From NCBI RefSeq assembly GCF_006345805.1, contig NC_043016.1:19902001-19966000 (forward strand): a DNA stretch of 64,000 bases, given 5' to 3'. The stretch is from Octopus sinensis. Its lineage: Eukaryota. Each line of letters opens with the position of its first letter. The stretch's first letter is position 1. The position numbers and the translations under genes were made by a program. Positions 1 to 11,124 of the stretch are shown one piece after another. The notes beneath the pieces were generated by a model, which worked only from the letters and a program-made list of their open reading frames with translations, was not told the DNA's origin and made no database searches.

Positions 1-2267
1 CCAACAGTTGCCTGTGCAAGAAAGATTCCTCTCTCCATGCCACTGATGATGTTTGAGGAAGAGGTAAAGCTAATACAGCGCTAGACACCAAAGTGTGATC
101 ATAGATGTTGCAAACAGAATGCCAAGAGCTAAAACAGTTACTACAAGACATCTCATCCAACTCTAACAATTCTATCAATTTACCACACTAGATTGGTATC
201 TTAAATCTCTATCCTGAATGATGAAAGGCAAAGTTGACCTCAGCAAGAACTGAACTCAGAGTACAGGAGTTGGAACATATATTACGAGGAACTCAATCTG
301 ATACTTTAACAACTCTACCAAAGACGAGGTTAAAAGTCGGTAAAAATTACAGTGATCATATTACAAGTATCTGAAAACTAAGTGCAATAGTTTGAAGCTT
401 AGAGCATCACAAGTGTTAATTAATGTTTCTAAATATTAATTAAACAATTAATCCATGCAATAGTAAAGGTAAAAATGACATGCCAACATTGATGTCCATG
501 CAATTAGATTAAGTGATTGGGGAGCAAGCTCTGAGGTGTGAATCAGTCGGAATGTTGGAGTGGAATGTGCAGTGAAATGGTTATTAAAAGAAAACAAAAA
601 GTATTAGTAACTCATTAATTTACTTTAAAAATATATATATTTAAAATATTAATTGTTTCCTCAAATGTGATGTACACAATTAATATGAACTAACAATATA
701 TTTTTTTTTTCATAAAAAAAGGGGAAATTTTATGAAAATGTAAATGGTAATAAAATAAGAATTAATTGAAATTTATAAACAAAAAAATTATGTTATGATG
801 AGTCAATATTTCAGATAATTATTTTATAAAAATTTGCCATGGAATTTATTAACTGATTTTATTTGGAAAACATCCAGTAATCTATATATCAAAAGTAACT
901 GATTTGTTTAATATCAGTAACTGGTATCTGAAATTATACATAATACTGAATTCCTTCTTTAACTTTCCAATCATTACATACTCAGTTCTACACTTACCAA
1001 TTCCACAGCCAAAGATTACATGAGATGTTTCACTTTAGAATTCAGCTCCAACCAGAATACTGAAGTCAAATATTTATCAGACCAGTATATGAAGGAGAGA
1101 GTATACATTTTGATACTTTGCCAGAAGCTCTAGTTATAAATCTCTTAAAATCATGTTGAAACGATACAGCAATCCTTCTAATAAGATCTAAAAGGAAAGC
1201 ATACTTTTGCTCTATGATAATGAGGTGGGGGGGAGCATCAGAGAAGCAGCTTCCTTGAGAGGCATAGGGGCAAGTTTGGTGGATCTTTCATAATAAAAAT
1301 TTAGGATAATCTTGAGGTTATAGGGCCTTACTTCGATTGAGAGTAAACATGATAAATTTTATTCTATTGTAATACAATATGCAAGGGAAAAGATTTTGGG
1401 GGTGGGATATAAATTCATAAGAATATTAAACTCTTTTAATTAAGGAATATTTAAAACTAACCCATCTAAGATTACCTCTTTATTCTGCCATACAAAATTT
1501 GTCCATTTTAAAATATATCGAAATTACTTCTTTCCATTATCATTCTATGACAGAATCTTTTGTCAGATTATATTCCAAACATTCAAGCAATGACTAATTT
1601 TAATTAAATCCTTTTAATTAATGAATACATTAAACAAATTGAAACATTTAGATTTTGTAGCTCATTAAAAAAGTGTTTTTAGCACCAGAGTTGTTTAAAT
1701 AATGGCTACTAAAGAGTCTAAAAGAAAATAATTATAATTCTTTTTAGCAAAGACTTAAACTAAATGCTTACACCTTTATCTTTGTAAGTGATTTCGGGAA
1801 ACAGGAAAAAGTGTTTAAGTGAGATGGTGGAGGTGTAACTGAAAATATTTAAGAAATCTCCCAAAACCATTTTTACAACATATTTATTGACCACATACAG
1901 GTTTCTTCATAAAAATATGAGTTTTCTTTTTTTTTTTTTGTTATTTCTAGCAAAATTAATGACTATGTAGAGGCTAATCCAGGTTTATAGAAACTTTTGA
2001 CATCATATGAGTCAATAAATAAAATGAAATTTCAACCTTTCTTTGCAATCAGACCCCTCCCCACATCCGTTACTTTTTCTCTCCATCTTCATTGTGCACA
2101 TTGAACTCATTTGAAATGCAAAAAAAAAAAAAAAAAAAAACGAAATGAAATAAAAAAAAATTAAAACAAATGAAAAAAAATTACATGAAATAACAACAAA
2201 CATCCAATACTGAGGACTAGTATATAACAATTTACTAGTATGCAATAATCTCGACTACAAAACTTAC

Positions 2268-2306
2268 CTGCACTTGACATGTATTTTGTATTGGCGGAGA
2301 AGTAGT
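2268..2306 (-). other. Candidate 39-nt exon, host gene unassigned (possibly a beta-adaptin cassette exon)
   Basis: Acceptor tttcttcttgtcttcag| and donor CAG|GTAAGT; 156-nt AG-free pyrimidine tract upstream; 13 codons with no stop in phase 0 (TTSPPIQNTCQVQ). Confidence 0.5.
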
Positions 2307-5300
2307 CTGAAGACAAGAAGAAAGCCGATGACAATTGTGAAGAGTACAGAAAGGTAAATAAAGTAGCAGGCGAGGGGGGAAAGAATTTGGTCAGATTAGG
2401 AGAAAGGAAAGAATGTAAGAAATGGATAGGAGGATAGAAACATTGGGTAAGTATACAAAGTTGTCTCAAGACGAATCGTGTGTTGTCAGCCTTGGTGTAA
2501 CTGTGTCATTCAGGCTGTGTCATTTCAAGAAGACACAGCAGAACAGTTTCCAGCTATTCTTACAAACAAGTTATATTTAATAGCGCCAAGGAAGCTGATG
2601 CTCTCTGTTGACATTTGATAACTTAAACAGCATTTTAATAATATATTTAATTTTTCTTTTCTTTTTTTCATTAAATAATGAATTATAGTGTTTAATCTTT
2701 TTGATAGCAACTCATCTGAAATAGTCTCTGGTTCTACAATTCATACTTCCTGTTTAAAAGTGATCTAAATTAAAACTTTTCATCAAAATTTCATGTTGAT
2801 TTAAGTTTTTAACATCAGATTAATAATGACAAACTTATTTTACAAAATTCCTTGTTATTTTCAAAATTGACTATGATAAAGTTACTGTATTTTATCAAAA
2901 ATATAGTAATGAAATGATTAAGATAAAACTTTGAAAGTACATTTAAAGATAAATTAATTACACTTTATTATATTGACTGTTTGCAGATAATACTACAAAC
3001 AAACAAAAAAGAAAGAAAAAAATCCAATGAAAATAGATATATATATATATAACCACCATCACCACTACCACCACCACAAGCATCAGTTAATTTCTTAAAT
3101 GAGCAACAATAGATAAAATTATATATATAAAAAAGGTAACAATCGGAATAAAACAGAGCAGCAGTTTGCAATTTAACAAATGCCAGCCCACCAAAAATGA
3201 CGAAAAGGAAGACTAAATTTTTTTTTCCTCGACTCCACACCATCTTCATTAATGAGAAGATAAAACAAGAGTTTACATCCCTATAATTAATCTTTCTATG
3301 CCATGCTGTCAGACAGATTTTAAAAGTTATAAAAAAATTTTAAAAACTATTTTTTAATTTTATCAAACATGGCAATTCTGTCTACTTCTTTTTCAGTCTA
3401 CACAGCCCAAAGTTCCATTATAGAATATTTCAGAATAATTACTGTCACTCCTCTGACTATATACTTAGATGTAGTTTTGACTGCTAGTAAGACCAAATGT
3501 TAAACAGAAATTGAGTATACTCAACACTTCTAGCAATACATAAGTGTAAATATATATATATATATATATATATATAGTAAGATATTCTATGTGGCACAGG
3601 TTATGTCTCTCATCATCATTGTTGTTGTTTAATGTCCATTTTTCCATGAATGGGCCTGGTGGAATTTATCTAAGCAGGTTTTCTATGACCAGATGCCATT
3701 TCTGTTGCCAAACCTCATCTGTTTCCAAGCAAGCTAATAATAACTGTTTCCAAGCGAGCTAACCCCATAGCTAAACATGTTTTTCATGGAAGAATGAAAA
3801 TGAACATCACTAGTATGATGGTGATGCTCACTTTCAATCACATGACACCTAGACAGGGTACACAGAAGCACATGTACATAGATACACAGATGATATATCT
3901 TCACAAAACTAAACTTAACTTACAAAGGATTATACAAAGATAAATAAATATAATAAAAATTAACCTAATTTCAGTTTGCAATTTTTAAACTTTTTTCTCG
4001 TGTTTTGATAACTGGACACCAATATATGTGAATACAATTTGACTGCTTTTTAAGCTGATATTTTTTATCAATTTGTTGGTGGGGAATGAACGCATTAAAA
4101 AAAAAACGAAGATAAAAGCACCAAAATCGTAAAACTTTTAGCAGAAATCACTGGTATTCAAAAGAAATGAATAACAGGCCTCTTTAGTTTCTGTTGACCA
4201 AATCTACACATAAGGCTTTGGTCAGCCTGGGGGCTACAGTACAAGACAACAGTCTAAGGTGCCACACAGTGGGACTGAAACCATAGTTGGGAAGTAAGCT
4301 TCTCAACCAAACAGCACATCTGCACCTATCTAATTAGTTTTTTTTTGTTTTTTTTTATGAGCAGTGTATTTTATTGCAGCTAATGAAGCAAATTAATAAG
4401 CTTATACTCAGATTTAATATTTGCAGCAATTAAAGAAATCTCTTATACACTTAAGAGTGTCTAAGGCTGAGAAAAGGACAAGATGAAGCTTTGGGGTTAC
4501 TGTTGTTTTGTAGCCTGAAGTGAATTGATCAAGCAAACATATGGTACACAGGTAGTTGGCTGAACAGATCTGTAGCTTCAGTTATGTCTCTGCCTTACTG
4601 AGGGTCAAACAGTATGCTGTGATTTCATCACAGCATACTGTAATAAGATTGTTTGAATATGTTACACTGCTTCATCTGTTTTTGCATGTTAAATTGCTCA
4701 GAAAGCACATCTACAATCAAAAAGGTATCCCAGCAGTGACCATCCAATCTTTTCATCACACAGTGCATCCAGAACCACATTATCTACATGCCCTTTTCTA
4801 AGGCAGCAGGCTATAGTTTTGAGAGAGATCTGGCTGCTATTTCTTGCAGATCGACTGACAACATAGAAATATTCTCATAGCCAGGGTTAGGTCAGACTAG
4901 GATGACTTGGTCAGAGTGTGACATTTGTTGTTCCTCAACCTACTGGAAATAGAACTAAAAATCTGTTTCAAATTACACCTACAGTCCTAAAAAAAATAGA
5001 AGGGCAGTCACAATAGTACTTGAAAACAAGACTAAATGGTCTCATCTGGAGAAACTTTGACCAATGGTCTACTCAATGACTGAACAACAACTACTACTAA
5101 AAGCAGCTATAATTGAGATGCATTTCACCAGCACAAAGAAACTCAGTTTCCTACTAGCTTTGGCAGTCCTCTGTTTTACATACACACAACACTTATGAAT
5201 TTCAATAATGTAAATAATTTTGTGTTTTGTCAAGAAGTTTTTACCATAACCACCTTCACATCCCCATACAAAAAAAAAATTTAATCTAGTTCTCAGCATT

Positions 5301-5559
5301 AGATGGACATGTCACATCACTCAATAACTTTTTTAGGACACAGTAGCAGTGCCACCACCAATAGCAGTCTTTCTTTTTTTTTTTTGAACCGGTCTTCTCT
5401 GGCACAGTGCTTTTGTAAGTTTTTGCACTTAGGGTTAGGAAAAAGGTGGAGGCTGCTGGTAAAGATGTATCTTTCATGACCAGGAGGAAGAAACACTCTC
5501 TGTCATCAGATGTGTTCAAGAGGACCAATTTTTCCCAATAGTTTCAGATTATTATCAAG

Positions 5560-5910
5560 AAGTCAAGCCAACCAATGTGGCACATTGCTGTACAGCTCAA
5601 GATAGCAGTCCATTATCATCTGAGCAACATATGAGGTCAAGTGGTACAATTCCTATATGATGAGGAAAGGTCATATGTCCAACAAAGCTCAGAAGAACAG
5701 TATGACTATGTTACTACCAAGATCTCCTGATTTGAACTGCTGGACTGTCTGTAGTGTCTGCATCCTGACTGAGTGAGGAAGAAGACTGGCTAATATACTA
5801 ATGATGTGATGGATTTACTGGAGGAGGCAGCCAGCATGGGCAGAGATCATCTGATCTTGGCATGAAGTTGCTTTAGCCTCCACACAGGGGCTGATTGTGG
5901 CTTTGTTCAA
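5560..5910 (+). mobile_element. Highly decayed Tc1/mariner remnant
   Basis: ccaagatctcctgatttgaac (PRSPDLN) at 5717-5737; otherwise heavily frameshifted. Confidence 0.4.
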
Positions 5911-6039
5911 TGGTTCATTTCTTTTATACATCAAGTTGAATAGGTCTTACTTTACTGGGAATGTTTTTATTTTACTTATTTTTTTTTTTTGCTTGATGTC
6001 AGTCCATATATTATTTTGTTTTCAAATAACTGCCATTCC

Positions 6040-6044
6040 ATATA

Positions 6045-6099
<55 letters not shown>

Positions 6100-6205
6100 A
6101 TATATATGGCGGTGCCCCAGCATGGCCACAGCTCATTAGCTGAAACTGGAAAAATCAAAATCAAAATCATATATATAATATATATATATATATTATATAT
6201 ATATA

Positions 6206-6240
<35 letters not shown>
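6040..6240. repeat. (TA)n microsatellites (representative; many more TA, CA/TG, GAT and TC tracts throughout)
   Basis: Direct reading; others include 21520-21570, 21712-21757, 21895-21939, 42235-42350, 46215-46265, 48466-48502, 58700-58785. Confidence 0.95.
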
Positions 6241-7212
6241 TTTAATGCATTTGATGTTGAAATGGTTTGGACAGTTCAACAGGATCTGATAGGCACAAGG
6301 ACTGCAATGTGCTCCACTGTCTGCTTCCTAGTGCCAACCACTTCACATTTTACAGCATGTAGTGGGTGCTTTTTTTGTGCCACAAGCTTAGTGAGGCCAT
6401 CATGCAGCTTGCAGGACTACAATTCAGGAAGAACATTTTATGCTAGGATATGTAGAGGAAAAAGAAGGATAAAAGTATGATAGCAGAGCAAGTATATCAT
6501 ATGCATTTAAATTATCATCATCTTCATTGCTTTTATATCTGTTTTCATGCTGGTTGTGAGTTTGATAAAACTTCTTGAGACAAGTCTCTATGGCTGGGTG
6601 TTCTTTATGATACCAATCGTTTTACTTGGTTCCAATGTAAATATTTTATTTCACTCATCTTTCACACATTGAATTACAGTGCATTAGGGCAATACTGCAT
6701 GTGCATGCATGCATGTATATCAAGACGTGTGTACCCAATTTTGCATGTCTTTGTGTGAGATCTGTATGATATATGCATATTACATATTTATTTGGGTACT
6801 ATTGAGTGTATATATATATATATGTATGTGTATATAAATATATGTACACACTCACACACGATATGTATCTGAGCATGTATAAACGCCTATGGTATCTCTA
6901 CAGATGATATATCTACACAAAATTAAACTTAAAAGATTATACAAAGATAAATAAAATTAAAGTCAAACTAATTTCAGTTTGGAATTTTTAATTTTTTTCA
7001 CGTTTTGATAACTGAACACTAATATATATGAATATAATTTGATTGCTTTTTAAGCTGATATTTTCCCCCAATTTGTTGGGGGGAAAAAACTAAAAAGAAA
7101 GAAGAAATGAAGACAAAAGCACCAAAATCATAATACTATTAGCAGAAATCACTGGCATTCTAGAGAAAAGAATTTTTAAATATTCATGACATATCCTCAT
7201 TTTTAGAGAATA

Positions 7213-7249
<37 letters not shown>

Positions 7250-7519
7250 CACACACACACAACCAGTCTCTATTTTCTCAGAGAGGAAAATACTTAGAAA
7301 TGGAAATGTAAAATAAATTTTTGAAAACAAATACTGGGAAAAAAAAAAATTGCAGTACATGCTCTTGTGTGAGAATATAACAAAACGAGAACATTGATTT
7401 AAATTTTCAACATAAAACATAAGCATATTGATTGACTTTGAAGTCAATATATGCTAGAACAGATCAAGATGCTTTGCTATTAATTTGTTGATGAACATGA
7501 TTTACATGAGAAAAAACAA

Positions 7520-7730
7520 AAAAGGGGTAGGAAGAGGAGTACAAAATAAGAGGGGGAAGAAGAGAGGAGGAAGAGAGGGCAGAAGAAAGGGGTAGGAAAA
7601 GGGAGGTGGAAGGGGGAAAGAAGAGGGGAGGAAGAGAGGGCAGAAGAAAGGGGTTGGAAAAGGGAGACGGAAGGGGAGAAAGAAGAGGGAGGAAGAAAGG
7701 GGAGGGAAAGGGAAGGAAGAAGGGAGAACA
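7520..7730. repeat. Polypurine (GA-rich) tract with an internal ~59-bp duplication
   Basis: aggaagagagggcagaagaaagggg occurs twice; the + strand is almost free of pyrimidines. Confidence 0.85.
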
Positions 7731-9432
7731 AAATAGAGTACAGTTAAAGTTTTAGACGACACTTCTTTTCTGCCATTAATTATATTCTTTGTTTTATGCT
7801 TAAATCAGGGAAAGATGATTATGAAGAAATTTTATTTTTCTGGATTGTTCCAACAATCCCCCACCCCCCACCATCGCTTCACTTGTTTTAAACAGTTCAG
7901 CAACAGGGGTTGATGAGCTAGAGGACTGCACCATGCTCCAGTCTGTTTTGGCATGGTTTTCACAGCTGGATGCCCTTCCTAATGCCAACCACTTTACAGT
8001 GTTCACTGTGTGGGGGGAGGGTGATTTTTCATACATAGCACCAGCATTATACTGTGGTTGCCAAGTAACTTGCAAGGTAACACCCTCAACTGATACAGGG
8101 GGGAGAAGTACTGAGAAAGATGGCCTTATGCCAGGTGAAACGCTAACCGTTTTGATACCAACCTGCCAGAGACTGCCCTTGATTTTATAACAGAAACTCT
8201 ATGCTTGAAAGTGATCTCAGTTTAAGCTTTCTATGAAAATTCAGTGTTAATTTATGTTCCAGACAACAACTTAATGACAAGATTAATAAATTCTTCGTTA
8301 TTTTCAGAATTAATTTGATGTAAAGCAGTGTCTTTCAATAGAAATATGGTACAAAGGGGTTAAAGTATGATAGGGGAACAGGAAACGGTGTCTTGCTCTA
8401 AGGGAGACATATGGTACTCCAGCTGGAAGAAAAGGAGGATGGTTAAAATTCCTTACTTGGCATTTTAATTATATTTTCACTGATGCCAATAACAAAAAAC
8501 AGGTTATCGAGGAAGCCCTTATGGGTGACATTCTAGAATGTATTTTCAAAGGACTACTGAAGTCTTGATTTAAAATACTGACTCTTTAGCTGACAAGCAC
8601 ACATACTTGTGTATTTTATGTATTTCACTATTTTAGCTCTACTTTAGAGCATTGAGCACTTAGTATTTATTACATAAAGGATACAACATATTGCCCAGTC
8701 CAGGAATTGAACCAAGAAGTTTATGATCATAAGACTAACACCACAACCACTAAGCTATGTAAAAACTCAGCCATATTAATTTAAAAATGAAAGCACTTTT
8801 GGTCTATGAAGATTTACAGTGCCTTTGATGTAAAGATAAAGTTTCTTTCATTAGATATACAAGTTGAGTTAATTTAATTTTTTTCATTTCAAAAAATTTT
8901 TTTTTTATTTTACAAAACTATTTTACCCAAGTTTAGTTAACAGAACTTTATCCCAATATTCAATCCTTCAGATCTGTGCTCTTATTTACCTTAATCATAA
9001 TCATTTAATATCCCCTTTTCTATGCTGACAAGAACAGGTAAGCCAGAGGGCCCTGCCAGGTATATCACATCTGTTTTGGCCTGATTTCTACAGCTGGATG
9101 CCCTTCCTAACACCAACCACTTTACAGAGTGTATTGGGTGCTTTTTACATGGTACCAGTACTGCTGATGTCACAAAGTACTTGCAAGACAAGACTCCTCA
9201 TCAGAGTAGGGTATAGCGTTGAGGGATAAGAAACCAAGACAAAGGGAGACAGGAGCAGGTGTCTTGCTGAAGGTGAATACATGGCTATCATCATCAAACA
9301 TCCGTTTTCCATTTGGTATGGGCTGGATGGTTTGATAGGGGCTGGCAAGCCTGAAGTCTGCACCAGGCTTCACTGTCTGTTTTGGCAGGATTTTTATAGC
9401 TGGATGCCCCTCCCAACACCAACCAAACCACT

Positions 9433-9471
<39 letters not shown>

Positions 9472-10969
9472 CTATAATTGTTCAGTGAAAGCAAGAACTT
9501 TAATTTTTCCATGAAATAAATGTTTCAGGTTTACAGGCAAACATTTCTTGAACAACAGAGTAATAAAAGCAAGCAAACAAGAGAAAGTTTAGTAACAATA
9601 TTATTATAATTTAAGTGCAACACAATAAATAATTCTATGAACTTTATGATAGCCACAAAATTAGAAATCACGGACAGATACATCTTTTCTGTCACAGATT
9701 ACATTTTCCTTTCATCTTTTACTTGATTCAGTCATTGAACTGCAGCAATGCAGGGGTACTGCCTTTGTAGGGCTTTAGTAGAACAAACTGACCCCAGTAT
9801 TAACTTTTGTTTTTACTCAAAGTTTGATGCTCATTGTCTCAGTCTCTTTTGCCAAACTGCTAAGTCAGTCGCTCACTCACTCACTCACTCGCTCGCTCAC
9901 TCTTTCAATGGGCTTCTACATGATTTCTGTCAACTAAATTCCTTCACAAGGCAATGATCAGCCTGGCAATATAGTAGAAGACATTTGCCCATGATGCAAG
10001 ACTAAACCTGAAACACACAGTCATGCCTGTGCCTATTTATTAAACAAAATTAACATAGTAGTAGATGAATATAAAATGCAACAAAGAACAAGTTATAAAA
10101 AGTGTTACCAAATAACTATAAGTAGAAACTGGTGTGGCAGACATTCTTAACACAGTGGTTTCCCTCGTTTCTCTGAAATCATTGATTTTTATCTTCATAT
10201 GCTTAAAATATGTGACTTTTTTTGCACCATAAAAGAAAGCTCCAAAGTAATTCTAACTATTGTCATGTTTCCCTAGGGAAACATGACACCCTGAAGGAAA
10301 ACCACTGTATTAGAGCAATATTTACCCCTTGATAATGAAACAAAATTTGTAAGTTTACTTAGAAAAAGATTAAAATAGCTTTATGCTTTTTTTTTTTAAT
10401 TATTTTAATGGTTTTTCTGGTTTGGAGTAAAAGAATTCATTATAAAACATAAAGCTTTTGAATAATTTGAAATAACTGAAAATAGATGCCAAATAAATAT
10501 ATTTTGAAAACCATCAGTTTTAGAAATTTGTAGTTTTATCAAAAACAAAAAAAAAATGAAAACTGAAGTATTAGAGTATTAGGGAAATATTCAAGTTAAT
10601 TAAATATTAGGAGAAAAATAAAGTTAAGTGAAAGACCAGTTAGAATTTAACTTGCATATTTAATAATGTTAAAAAGATTAGTTAGTGCTCATGCTATAAA
10701 TGAACAGAAAAGTGATAACATTTTTAAATAGTTTTCTTTTTTTTAATTTAAAATTGTAAGGAATAACCTAGTAGTGTTTGGCAATACCAATATAGAAATA
10801 GATATTGATAAAATTAAGTTTTAGCTGAGATTAATTTGAGAGAAGGAAAAAAAAAACCATACCATACAATTTTAAAGTATTTGTTCAGAAAGCAAAGAAA
10901 AAGAACATCAAAGTTAAAATGAAAAACCAGGCGTAATTGTAATAACCAATAACTTTTGCATTTACTCAC

Positions 10970-11124
10970 AGTGAAACTAGGATTTCCAGGCTGTATTTTA
11001 AGCTCTGCCAATACCCAGATGCCATTGGTCAGTTTGAGTGATTGATACAACATATCTTGTCCTTCGACATTCCTCTTGGCAATAGTGAAAATATTGTTGT
11101 TTCTAAGTTTTTGGGAAACCATAT
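10970..11124 (-). CDS. AP1B1/AP2B1: beta-adaptin coding exon 20 (155 nt)
   Basis: tttgtag|AT ATG GTT...TTC ACT|gtgagt; [52 protein letters not shown]. Confidence 0.96.

Larger units (their letters stand above)
3886..7160. repeat. Diverged ~270-bp direct repeat pair (3886-4162 and 6900-7160)
   Basis: Colinear blocks cagatgatatatct...gattatacaaagataaataaa...gctttttaagctgatatttt...agcagaaatcactgg. Confidence 0.85.

Noticed and set aside
2303-2359. Plus-strand 48-nt exon SEDKKKADDNCEEYRK with donor AAG|GTAAAT
   Set aside because: The acceptor lacks any pyrimidine tract; the charged codons are explained by the purine-rich complement of the minus-strand tract.
4697-4762. C/D-box snoRNA (GTGATGA...CTGA on minus)
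   Set aside because: Terminal stem is only about 3 bp and no rRNA-complementary guide was recognised.
2461-10960. Several phase-0 acceptors tested as the terminal exon (e.g. near 2620, 3000, 3305, 7090, 10476, 10824)
   Set aside because: Translations (LSNVNREH.., YYLQTV.., HGIERL.., FFPPTN.., LFQIIQ.., LKLNFI..) show no similarity to the conserved beta-adaptin C-terminus.
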